Assembly (NCBI GenBank): GCA_038087875.1 | Contig: JAXLNO010000270.1 | Span: 248,001 to 283,899, forward strand | Direction: 5' to 3' | DNA length: 35,899 bases | Source of the DNA: Malacoraja senta | Taxonomy: Eukaryota | Shown: positions 1 through 10,918 of the stretch, one piece after another | Layout: each line of letters opens with the position of its first letter | Position numbering within the stretch: position 1 is the first letter of the stretch | Notes under the pieces: generated by a model | Databases searched by the model: none | The model's input: the letters and a program-made list of their open reading frames with translations, nothing else | Told to the model about the DNA's origin: nothing | Program-made: the position numbers and the translations under genes

Positions 1-160
1 CCATGGCTCTGAGACAGGCTCCACTCGCCTAATCCGGCCAAAATGCCCATTCAAAACATTTCCCATTTTCCTGCTTTTGATCCACATCCATCCCAATCTT
101 TCTTCGGCAGGTACCTGTTTGAATGATTTTATAACCAGAGTTGATATTTCACCTCCCTCT
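1..160 (-). mobile_element. Highly decayed CR1 LINE 3' end fragment
   Basis: Minus strand reads ...aaacaggtacctg...gatggatgtggatcaaaagcaggaaaatggga...gggcattttggccgg...gagcctgtctc, resembling the CR1 3' ends seen elsewhere in the window; recognised by eye. Confidence 0.45.
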
Positions 161-230
161 ACAATGTCCTCTGACGAGGAGGCGTGACTGTTTGAGGTCC
201 AGCCGTGTCTTTGTGGAGGAGCCGGCGGGT

Positions 231-400
231 CTGGCACAGAGGCAAACGTGTGTAGAGAAGAGGCACACATGTGTGGAGAAGAGTCAGTTGCATCTGGCGG
301 ATGGGGAGTCTTGTCCGGCGGAGGGACAGACGTGCTTCGTAGAGGGGATGACTTGTCTGCCGGAGGGGAAGATGTGCCATGCGGAGGGGATCGGTCTGGC
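231..400. repeat. Degenerate 21-bp tandem repeat, about 8 units
   Basis: Units such as gtagagaagaggcacacatgt / gtggagaagagtcagttgcat / ccggcggagggacagacgtgc; 7-aa periodicity in ORF 141..449 (TCVEKRH-TCVEKSQ...TCFVEGM-TCLPEGK). Confidence 0.7.
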
Positions 401-598
401 ATATGGGAAATTGGAAAATGTTCTACTGCATATTCAGCGTTGCTTCTAGCCACCAGAATGTCCCGGCTGAAAGGTCCCCATGCGATACGCAATCTTCTTC
501 GCGGATATCATTCGCTTCCCCCCATCCGTGCCTGAAGCGGCACTGAGGACAGGGGATCACCTCGTATTGTTTCAGGCTATCCTTGGGAAAGGGTTTGA

Positions 599-800
599 TA
601 GAAACATAGAAAATAGGTGCAGGAGGAGGCCATTCGGCCCCTGGATCCAGCACCGCCATTCACTGTGATCATGGCTGATCGTCCCCAATCAATAACCCGT
701 GCCTGCCTTCTCCCCATAACCCTTGATTCCACTAGCCTCTAGAGCTCTATCGAACTCTCTCTTGAATCCATCCAATGACCTGGCCTCCACTGCCCTCTGC
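599..800 (-). mobile_element. CR1 LINE 3' end (5'-truncated)
   Basis: tagaaacatagaaaataggtgcaggaggaggccattcggccc... is the reverse complement of the same tail seen at 27200-27497 (…cctattttctatgtttcta). Confidence 0.85.
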
Positions 801-889
801 CCTGGGGGTAGGGTATATCTCTCGATGGGTGCAGGCCTCGGACTGCGAATTTCGCTACTGCTGAGTGTTGCAGTTTATCGGAGTGGGCT

Positions 890-1915
890 TTGTGTGCACT
901 GGGTTTCGGGTCCAATTGTTTGGAGCACCCTGCATTGATTTAGATTGTACAGGTTCCCCGGTGCGGAAATGTGTGTGTGGATTACACATTGTCCTGGACC
1001 AGGGATACTGAATACACAAGGATACTGGCTCGGGGACGGGGCTGTCCGGTCTGGTGCTGGGTACTGGTTCCTCCGACGGAGGTTGCGGATTATACATAGT
1101 TCCAGGCCAGTCGATAATGAATGCACCGTGACATAACACTGTGGGATCATCCAGAGTTCTGGGACGGATATTTTGTACTAAAAATAGCGTCGGACTCGGT
1201 GGTGCGGATTCCACAGCGTCCTGTGACAAATCATATTGATTACATATGGACATATGGTCCTTGAGCACACAGTGTTCCGGGTCCTGTGATTGGGGGGGGG
1301 GTGCGTGGCAAGGTGGATTACACAGGGTCCTGGGACGACGTGTGTGGATTAAAAAAAGTATCTGGACTAAACAGTGACGGAGTCGTGGCACATGTGTGTT
1401 GACCACAGTGGGTCCAGGGTCCCAAGTCGGAGAGTGCTTGTGCTTATTGCCCCGGATCAGGGACCTGAATCCTGGTATTACACGTGATGTCACTGATTGT
1501 AGATGAATCTCAATCGCGGGTCGGGTTTTAGATTGCACTTGGCCCTGTACTCTGGTGTGTTACAGACAGTATCCGGATCCGAGGATGTCGATAAAACAGT
1601 CCAGGGACGGGGAGGTGTTGACCAGTCAAGATCCGTGCCGGAGATTTGTAGATTATATAGAGTTTGTGTTCCGAGTCGGCGGGTGTGGATCACACAGAAT
1701 TATTGAGCGGGCGATGGGTGTGAATTACACAGTGTCTTGGAAGAAGATTGTGGATTTCACAGGGTACTTGCCACGGGCGGAGGAATGGGGTGGATTACAG
1801 AACGTACTGTGACGGGAAAGTGTGGATTAGCATTTCCAGGGAGGGGTGTTTTTATTACAGTGCGTCGCAGGACGGAGGATAGTGGAACACACAGAACTCC
1901 TGGCTGGGATTGTAA
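890..1915. repeat. Old degenerate minisatellite, irregular ~30-40 bp unit with core gtggattacacag
   Basis: Recurrent ggattacac-like cores at about 979, 1087, 1206, 1315, 1347, 1687, 1721, 1752, 1792, 1824. Confidence 0.6.
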
Positions 1916-2809
1916 ATAAAATCGGATCCATGGATTGGGATCTTGATTATTTGGGGTTTTATGAGTAGTGGAGCAGTTCCCAACTAGACCAGAACGGGAG
2001 GATAGGAATGACCTCTATACCAACCACTTAGACTGGTCGGAAGCGAGAGGATCACACGAAGTGGCGGTGGATTGGTTGTGTGTGGAACGACCTTCCGTCC
2101 TTTTCCCGTGCTGAGTAAGCAGATGCTGCACTCCCCAGCTCAGACAGAAGTGGGTCTAAACCAAGCCACAAGCAGCGCCCCCAAACGCCCAATACGATCC
2201 TTCCTGCGGTGCACTGGTACGTTACGTTCACCCCTGCCTAGAGAAGCCGATGTGCATGGCCCCACCGCCCCGTTGCTAGAATGCACCGCATTGTTCACTG
2301 CCCGCGGTAATATCAATGTACAAATTTAACGTAACACTCGTCGTTTCATACTTTAATCTTTATGAATTAACAATATCTTCGTTACAGATATCACAATTTC
2401 CATGACTGCGACGCAGTGCGAATGCAGGGAAAATGCAAAATCAGAGGAAAATAAGTGTTCGATTCGGCCCGCCAGTCGATACGGTCTTTGTTGATCCATG
2501 CTGTTACAACTATTTTTCTTGAAAGTCTTCCTTGGAACTCTGTCCATTATCTGTCCAATATTCCACAATATCCACCCACAATATGTCAACAGATATGTCC
2601 ACCCCATGCATCTGTGACAAACTAGCATTAGCTCCATACTGCCTCCATCTCCATTTCGGGAAAGCAGCCCACATAAGCAAAGACTATTTTCATCTGTTAT
2701 TCCGTTCTCCCCTCTTCCATGAGGCAGAAAATACAAAAGCGTGAAAACACGTACCAGCAGATGCAGGAATAACTCTTTCACCGTTGTTATCAGATTAATT
2801 AACTGTCTT

Positions 2810-3700
2810 TCCATAAGCGAAGAGAACAGTCCCAACTGATCCCAGGAATAAGCAAACATTCTGCTATTGGATCCTCGAATTTCTGACCGACTGTGAGGAC
2901 AGGTGACAACACCTGCTGGGCAAAAAAAACGTCTGAACGATTTGTTCGCGATCCCCCGCAATATTCCCTTTCCGCTTACAACTTGCGGCCCAGGTCGGCT
3001 CAAACCCAATCTACAAATTTGCAGATGACGCCACTATGGTGTGCCGGATCAAGAGCAATGGCGGAACTAAGTACAGGTTGGTGATAACGAAGTTAGTAAT
3101 AAGGAGCCAGGATAAAAACACATCGCCCGGTATACCAGCAAGACGAAGGTGTTAATTATCAACTCAAGAAACTACAACTTCACCAAATCATCATCAATTG
3201 TATCGAAGAGGAAATGGCTGCGGTCTTCCAGTTCTTTGGCGTTAATGTTACCAATGAGTTTCGAGCAATGAACAAGAAAGTACACCAATACCTCTACTTC
3301 CTGGAGAGTCTTGGCGACTTCGGCATATCTCCAATTGCTCTGAAAACTTAGAAAGGTGCAGCATAGAGAACATAATGTCGGGTTGTCTCACCTTATTTTA
3401 GCAATTGGAATTCCCACGAACGCAACAAATTGCAGTTGTAAATGTGCCCAAGCCAATCGCAGAAACCAGTGTTGCCACCAGTGACACCATCTACTCATCA
3501 CTTTCCCTCGAAAAAGCAGCCAACATAATGAAAAAATTCCCCTGTATAGGTCTTTCCTTTTCCTCGCTGCTCCCGTCCGCCAAAAGGTACAGACGACAAA
3601 CCTTTGCGGCTTAGCGCGGAGCACGTATTAATAATAAACATCAATCAGCATTCTGCACTATTGTATATTCTTCTTTGCACTGTCCGGTGCACTTGTATAT
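2810..3700 (+). mobile_element. Decayed Rex1/Babar-type LINE (RT C-terminal half and 3' region)
   Basis: Fragmented translation WILEFLTD, IYKFADDATMVCRI (about 3010-3050), HQYLYFL..L..FG, ENIMSGCLT, SLLPSAKRYR; many stops and frameshifts. Confidence 0.75.
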
Positions 3701-3960
3701 AGAATATAGACATGTATAGCACAGGAAAGGGCATTTAGGCCCGTAACGTCGGGTCGAACGTGGTGGCAAGCTAAATTAATATAATCTGCTTATGTTTTTG
3801 CATTTTCACGTGCATATATAACTGCCTCAGAAACTCCACGATACTAACAGCCTCATCCACTTACGATAAAATAGCTATTCACACACCCGTCACCTTATGG
3901 TTAATTGATTTTAAGTCATTGATTTTTCATCAATATGCTAAAGCTTTCACGCTCTCTCCA
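3701..3960 (-). mobile_element. Highly decayed CR1 3' fragment
   Basis: atagacatgtatagcacaggaaagggcatttaggccc... and tattcacacacccgtcacc resemble the reverse of a CR1 3' end. Confidence 0.4.
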
Positions 3961-3961
3961 T

Positions 3962-4675
3962 ATAGACAATAGGCAATGGACAATATAAAATAGGTGCATG
4001 AGTTGGTCATTCGGCCCTTCGAGCCAGCACCGCCATTTAATGTGATCATGGCTGATCATCCCCAATTAGTACCCCGTTCCTGCCTTCTCCCCGTATCCAC
4101 TGACTCCGTTATTTTTAAGAGCCCTATCTAGCTCTCTCTTGAAAGCATCCAGAGAACCTGCCTCCACCGCCCTCTGAGGCAGAGAATTCCACAGACTCTC
4201 AAACCTCTGTGGAAAAAAAGTGTTTCCTCGTCTCCGTTCTAAATGGCTTACTCATTATTCTTAAACTGTGGCCCCTGCTTCTGGACTCCCCCAACATCGG
4301 GAACGTGTTTCCTGCCTCTAGCGTGTCCAAACCATTAACAATCTTATATGTTTCTCTCATATTTCTAAACTCCAGGGTTTACAAGCCCAGCCGCTCCATT
4401 CCCTCAGCATATGACAGTCCCGCCATCCCGGGAATTAACCTTATAAACCTACGCTGCACTCCCTCAATAGCAAGAATGTCCTTCCTCAAATTAGGGGATC
4501 GCAACTGCACACAATACTCCAGGTGTGGTCTCACTAGGGCTCTGTACAACTGCAGAAGGACCTCTTTGGTCCTATATTCGACTCCTCTTGTTATAAAGGC
4601 CTACGTGCCATTCGCTTTCTTCACTGCCTGCTGTACCTGCATGCTTACTTTCATTGACTAATGAACAAGGACCTT
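3962..4675 (-). mobile_element. CR1 LINE, 5'-truncated ORF2 C-terminus plus 3' UTR and tail
   Basis: Minus translation includes QVQQAVKKANG, RGVEYRTKEVLLQLYRALVRPHLEYCVQ, IEGVQRRFIRLIPGMAGLSY, GHSLRI; ctattgt-type tail at 3962-3985. Confidence 0.9.
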
Positions 4676-4706
4676 CGCATCCTGTAGCGGAGTCAAGATA
4701 AGAACT

Positions 4707-5400
4707 CGTATGTGTAAGAAAGAACTGCAGATGCTGGTTTAAACCGAAGAAACACACAAAAAACTGGAATAACCTAGCGGGACAGGTAGCATCTCTGGAG
4801 GGATGTAATTGGTGACGTTTCGGGTCGAGACCCTTCTTCACACTGGTTAGGGATAAGCGTAAGAATGCATATAGACGGTAATGTGGAGAAATAAAGACCA
4901 ACGAATGAAAGGAATGCAAAAAACTAACAATGATAATGGAAACATGCCATTGTACCCTGTTTGGTGGGTGAAATTGAGAAGCTCGTGAGACTTGGGTTGG
5001 GGAGGGATAGAGCGAGAAGGAATGCCGGGGTACCTGATGTGAGAGAAATTAATATTCACAGCACTGGGCTGTAAGCTGCCCATGCAAAATATGAGGTGAT
5101 GTTCCTCCAATTTGTATTTAGCCTCACTCTGACAATGGAGTAGACCGAGGACAGAAAGGTCTGCGAGACGCTGGGGAAAGGAAACTGCCACAGTGATGAC
5201 ATCAGTAATGGTGTTTGAGATTATGGGCTGGTGCTCATCTGTGGGATCATGGTCCAAGGATAAGTAGGAGGAGGTGTCTGAGAGATATCGCCTGGCCTCT
5301 GGCCGGTAGAGGTCAGCGCGCCAGACTAGCACGGCACCTCCCTTGTTGACGGGTTTGATTATAATGTCAGGGTTGCTGCACGTTGAGCGGAGGGCTGTAC
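4707..5400 (-). mobile_element. Penelope-like element fragment with pseudo-LTR, internally deleted
   Basis: IIIKPVNKGGAVLVWRADLY..EARRYLSDTSSY...DPT (Penelope RT N-terminal region) joined to DLSVLGLLHCQSEA..KLEEHHLIF..GSLQPSAVN (GIY-YIG C-terminus); pLTR-type sequence at 4707-4846. Confidence 0.8.
4811..4845 (-). ncRNA. Degenerate minimal hammerhead ribozyme of a Penelope pLTR
   Basis: Minus strand: GUGAAGA-A-GGGU(CUCG)ACCC-GAAACGUC; matches the CUGANGA...GAAA..UH core except C3>G at 4841. Confidence 0.6.
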
Positions 5401-5430
5401 GTTCTGATGTGGTGAGGTTGGACTAGGTAA

Positions 5431-5590
5431 GAGCTCAGTGGGTCAGGCAACATTTGCAGTGGGAATGGACGGACGATGTTTCCTGATGGGCCTCCCCCAG
5501 ACTTCATCGTTGTCCCGATACAAAACCTCATTTGTCCATTCCCTGCCCAGATGCAGCTGACCCGCGGAATTCCTCCATCAATTTGTGTTT
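5431..5590. repeat. Imperfect palindromic (fold-back) element built from two inverted Penelope pLTR-like arms
   Basis: Left arm ctcagtgggtcaggcaacatttgcagtgggaatggac...gttt pairs with right arm aaac...gtccattccctgcccagatgcagctgacccgcggaattc. Confidence 0.65.
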
Positions 5591-6249
5591 TCCTCAATTG
5601 TTTACGTCGGCTGCGCATTATCTGAGGCAAATCCAACCTAGTCAGATATGGTGAGAAACGTAAATGTGTTAATAAAACGCATGACGGAATAGAGCGGAAC
5701 GGTCTAGGACCTGGATCGAAGTTGTAGAAGAATGGGGGAACAAGACAGAAAACGATCGGTGGAAATGAGTCTTAAGTTTTCCGATGAATTTGAACATGTT
5801 TCTTCTGACGCGCGCTGTTGGCGGAGACAAGCCCACCACAATGTATGTCACTTTCCGCTGTGAAATGTCAAACGATGGTGCACGCGGTTATTTTTACTTT
5901 GCTTCCCTGTTGAGCTGAAGATTGTTGTCCGGTTTGCGTTGCTTGCCGGACAATGACACTTAATAGATCAGAGTACCACTAAGATATAGAACACCATAGG
6001 TTTTAGAACATTTCGCTACTTCCCATTTAATACAGAATTGCAATACATTCCTCAAAATCGCGTGCTTCAAATAAGTTAATAATTCTTCATTGAATATATA
6101 TGTGGAATTACCACGGAGCACGCAGTAGACCCGCCATCTCACAGCGCCAGAGCCAATAATGTGGGTCGCGTTCTCCGTCATATTTTTCCTTTGGCGGCGA
6201 GTAATTCCCGCGCTTCATAGGATAAGTTCCACATCGGCGGACGTGCGTT

Positions 6250-6420
6250 AGTGGCAGGTACAGTCACGATACTTGCAAGGCACTTGATCAGGACAATGGG
6301 TGGGAAAGGTTAAAAGGAAAGTGGGGGTAATCGCGAGTACATGGGACTTGTGTATGTGGGGTTGTAATATGAACGAGCTAACACGCCAGGTCCAGGTTCC
6401 GTAAATTATAACTTCTACGA
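6250..6420 (+). mobile_element. Decayed CR1 3' end
   Basis: gtggcaggtacagtcacgatacttgcaaggcacttgatcagg...gggaaaggtt...atgggact; by-eye similarity only. Confidence 0.4.
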
Positions 6421-6469
6421 ATAGTCAGTTACGTAGTCACATGGTCACTAAGTTAGTATGGGTGTTGAC

Positions 6470-6585
6470 AATTTTCGGCAGATTAATGGGAGTGTAGGGA
6501 TAACAAACTGGGTTGAAGGTAAATGGGTGTTCGGTGATCAGCGTGTATCGGTGGGTGAAAAATCTTGTTTCACTGTTGTATGATA
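6470..6585 (+). mobile_element. Decayed SINE/CR1-type 3' end abutting the GPCR stop codon
   Basis: gtaaatgggtgttcggtgatcagcgtgtatcggtgggtgaaaaatcttgtttcactgttgtat resembles the shared SINE/CR1 tail (ggtgggccgaagggcctgtttcc type). Confidence 0.5.
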
Positions 6586-7484
6586 TTATGAACCAACAAG
6601 TGTACGAATTGCCCTCAGTGGGAATTTCACCGCGTTCATCAGCTCCTCTCTGAATTTACTCTGGGTCACCACGTAAATACACGTGTTGGTGCAGGTACTG
6701 AGAAGCTGTAAGAAAACCGACGTTACCTTCGTGATATAGTAATAACCAGTGGGGGAGCCATCATACCCGACCTTCGCAATACCCGTAAAGATGTAAAAGA
6801 TCGCTTGTGTTGCCCACAGCAATATGAAAGTGCCCGTGATACTGAAGAGTAAAACCATGGATTTCTTGCGTCTCTTTATTTCCGAATCCTTGTCATTCCT
6901 TTCCTTGCCTCGCAGCCCCCTTCGGACTTTGCTGGCCGCTACAATCCGTCTGACCGTCAGCACATTGAGCAGAAGAATCAGAAAGAACGGGACACAAGGG
7001 GTTAGAACGCGGTGAACGGTACCATAGGCGACCCATTCAGACGACGTATAAAATATGCTTTTCGTCTTGCAACCCCAGGGAAGATTATCAAGCTCGTAGA
7101 TAGGCTCCAACGTAAACCACCGGGGGAAGTTTTCTAAACAGCACAGCACACACACTGCCCCGATAACCACTGCCGCCGTCCTCGCCGTGCAATATTTTGT
7201 TTTAAGCTTCTCACAAGAAATGGCCACAAACCGATCGAAGGTGAAGGCTACGGTCAGCCAGACAGAGATGGCGGTGGTTGAAAAGACGAGGATTGAGATA
7301 GTCGCGCATACGGGAGTAAAGCTCAGCAAAGAATACGGGAAGTGAATAAGAATAGTCTGACGCAGAAAAGGATCGGTGATGCCAACCAGGAGATCAGACG
7401 CTGCCATGGCCACCAGATAGCGAGTGATGCATTTGGAGAGACCACATTTGCCTCGGCAGAGGATCACTATCGCCAGCAAGTTCA
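6586..7484 (-). CDS. GPR139/GPR142-like orphan class A GPCR, coding exon 2 (TM1 end to stop)
   Basis: Open 899 nt to TAA at 6586-6588; NLLAIVIL, LVAMAASDLL (TM2), TFDRFVAIS (TM3), PFFLILLLN (TM5), FILLW (TM6), NTCIY (TM7); preceded by acceptor ttctgtttattacag (AG at 7486-7485), phase 1. Confidence 0.92.
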
Positions 7485-7764
7485 CTGTAATAAACAGAAT
7501 AGACATCACTGACAAAACATCCATAGAAAGGAATCTGAACAGTATTTTCTGATCGTTGTTGGATCTGTTGGATGGATATTTTTGAGCCCCGACAAAGCTG
7601 AGAGACTTCTTGTCCACCATGTCCTCGCAATTCATCAAACACCAACCTACACTGTGCTCGCAATTTTTTTATTGTGCCCTCATTCTTCCACAACTACACC
7701 CCCCCCCCCCCCCCACACGCACACACCAGATTTTGCCACCCTCTTGTTTAAGACAGAAACTACT

Positions 7765-7930
7765 ACCACGCACATCATCGGGATGTGGGAAGAAACAAGA
7801 CCGCAGCCAGGAATCGCGCCAAGTAGTCGAGCTATCGAACAAACATTGCCAATTGAGCACGGGAAGTAGAGATTGATCCCGCGTTTCCAGAACTGTGCGA
7901 CGCCGGCAATACTGACTGGGTCACTGTGCC
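7765..7930 (-). mobile_element. Decayed tRNA-derived SINE within the GPCR intron
   Basis: gggatgtgggaagaaac...gattgatcccgcgtttcc...ctgtgcgacgc...cactgtgcc resembles the reverse of a tRNA-SINE head and core like that at 32243-32400. Confidence 0.5.
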
Positions 7931-8566
7931 AAGGATGCATCTAGCACTCTCATTTCTAACTTACAGATCGTTCGCAGAAGATATCAAGGTACAAACCGTT
8001 AACCTATACAAAACAACGTTGCAGCGTTTGTTTCCATCTGAATTAATAACAGAGTAGTGACACTTTCATGGAGTCAGGACCCAGCTAATGACATGCGCTT
8101 GCGTTAGTTGGTCAATGGAGGCCTAAAACAAGTTTACTTGTCATGCAACAACGACAGCTATACATATCGATTATATATTCAGTTAAGCAGGTTCTCCCGC
8201 GACGGAACAGATGTAATGTCACTCTCTCGTTCTGTGCAGGAATCAGCCCTAGGTGCCATTTACTCAGCTATTGGTCAATTCTCAGGCTGTGATTATCTTG
8301 TACCTGCTCTCTGTTCATGGCTCTAACCAGCACAATCAGTACAGAGAATGATCCAGGCAAAGGTAAACATCCGACAGGACGTAAATTGTGCGGAAGCTAC
8401 AGTTGGGAAAATGGATGTGTGACCAAATTAAACGTTAATTATTGAAATGGAGAAAATGTTGTTTAACGTAATTCCGTTGGGAAACATTCTTCGGAAACGC
8501 TGGAGCATTTCACGCAATGTCTTACTGCTAATGCACGTACATGAAAATTACGACAAAATAAATTAC

Positions 8567-8636
8567 CGAGAATTGCGACAATCGCTATTGCAGGATAATA
8601 TATATCTTCAATTCGGTAGATCAATGGGTATCCCAT
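8567..8636 (-). CDS. GPR139/GPR142-like GPCR, coding exon 1 (MGYPLIYRIEDIYYPAIAIVAIL)
   Basis: ATG at 8636-8634, 70 nt, ends CTCG|gtaatt (GT at 8566-8565), phase 1 matching exon 2; completes TM1 as IYYPAIAIVAILVNLLAIVIL; intron 1082 nt; spliced product 322 aa. Confidence 0.85.
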
Positions 8637-8899
8637 AGCTGTGAGGAATAATTAACGTCTCTGGCTCCGTCAGTCCGTCGATCAGTTACCGGTGTAGCTC
8701 TGTGGCGATGCCTTCTGGTGGATACCGAGATATACAGAGCGATAAGTCTCCAGTGACCTTACCTCACACCTGCTAATTGTCACTAGTTACACTCACGAAA
8801 CAAACACCTTGCGTCACAGCCATGGACTGCACCATGGGAGATTAATTAATAATTTAAGGTTCGAGCAAAAAAAACCACAAAGCGAGCCGCTGAAAAAGG

Positions 8900-8995
8900 A
8901 GTCTGAATAACGTTCATGATTCGAAACGTCACCTATATACGTTTCCCAACGTTGATGCCTGACCCTCTGCTACACCGGCATTTTGTGTATTTTTC
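8900..8995 (+). mobile_element. Penelope pLTR fragment with decayed hammerhead motif
   Basis: agtctgaataacgttcatgattcgaaacgtcacctat...gatgcctgaccc...gcattttgtgt; reverse-complement homolog of 4750-4845. Confidence 0.6.
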
Positions 8996-9394
8996 ACGGA
9001 AAATAAGAATCCATGCTGATTTGATTTGTGATATTTCATTTAATGTTTGTGTGATTTCTATGAATATCTCCAGTGAACCCATCTACCACTCCAGTTTTCG
9101 TATTGTGTTTCAAAAATATATCATCATCCATACCATGGCATCGCTGATATTGTAAGGCAGATACTGAACAACTCCTTTGAATTTCCATTCGTCATTTCTT
9201 CCTCACCTTTATGACCACCAATAGTAGTCGTGATATAATACTGCTTCCCCGCCTTGATAACGGTATCTGGTCCAATTGTCTCCGATCCAGACGGACTTCT
9301 CACACACTCCCTTCCTTCCATTAATCCCTGCACCACTGAAAGTCATCGGTCCTCATGAGGGCTGACCCTGATAAAATATTACCTAATACTACAA

Positions 9395-9464
9395 TAACAA
9401 ACAACTGCAGTTGCTGGTTTATACCAAAGATAAATACAAAACGCTGGATTCGCTGAGCGGGGCA
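9395..9464 (-). mobile_element. Penelope pLTR fragment
   Basis: aactgcagttgctggtttataccaaagataaatacaaaacgctgga matches aactgcagatgctggtttaaaccgaagaaacacacaaaaaactgga at about 4723-4770. Confidence 0.65.
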
Positions 9465-9898
9465 ATGTATATTTATTATATTTTAATCACCAATGTAATA
9501 TTAATTTCCGTGGATTATTTATTCCCTTTTTCTTCTAATTCAGATGGGGAAAATTGCACTGTGCTATCCCGGCGTTTCTGTCGATAATCAATACCGAATT
9601 CGTGAGATGAACAGCGATCTTCTGCTATAAATCTTATCGGATTGATCAAGAATATATTCGCTGCCAATAATGTGCTCTCATTGTATAACAGCCATGGTTG
9701 AGGCGACGAAGATATATTATAGAGCTATGATCAAATGACTATTATGGAATCAGGAAATAACCTGCAGCTGAAATGCCTGGACATTAGTCATCTGCACCGC
9801 CTCATCTGTAATGCGGGGAAAGAAACTCCTTACTCCCACTGATTCAAGCCCAATTTGCATTTATTTCAATTTCGTCCGCGCACATTGGCGTCAGGTCC

Positions 9899-10320
<422 letters not shown>

Positions 10321-10918
10321 CTGGCAGTGGGAGAAACACACAGAGACGGTGAGTGTTCTGCTCCACACTCCTTCACCCACTAGCGTTATAAGTCTCTGGT
10401 GAGACCATATATGGAATAGTGCCTCAGCTCTGTTCTTCCTAGCTCCTGAATGATGCACTGGTGATAGAGGAATATAGTGTAGAATGAATAAGAGAACCTA
10501 TGGAATGCTCGGGGAAGAAATATAGGGGGGGGGACGTTACGAAGTCAGGGTACGCACACGTGACATCCTGGATGTTTGCGTATTAAAACATGTTGGCGTA
10601 CTGTGCAATGATGCTTGATTCCGGTGCCGCTACGGACGATAAACGTTAGATTTCGCGAGTTATGACATGAATTAATACACGCAACGAATAGTAAGATTGA
10701 ACGAGAACTTACCTAAGTTTGAAGTTTGATCTTTATTTTATGAGGAGTTACGTAGGTGATTACATGAAGAACCCCGCCAGTGCGCCTGCGCGTCAATCTT
10801 CAAAGCAGCGGTGTGAAATCACAAAAAACAACAAGCGAAGTAATATACTATCATAATAAAACGAGTAATACAAGAACTTCCATCTGACCTTTATGATAGA
10901 GGGTTGGGACGTGGTGGG

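Noticed and set aside
855..1538. 227-aa minus-strand ORF
   Set aside because: Falls within a degenerate minisatellite; recurring xCNP peptides mirror the DNA repeat.
2353..3009. 218-aa minus-strand ORF
   Set aside because: No recognisable domain, non-ATG start, partly antisense to a decayed Rex/Babar LINE.
7485..7638. N-terminal 51 aa of the 350-aa GPCR ORF
   Set aside because: Lies upstream of a strong splice acceptor; a better phase-matched exon exists at 8567-8636, so this is most likely intron read-through.
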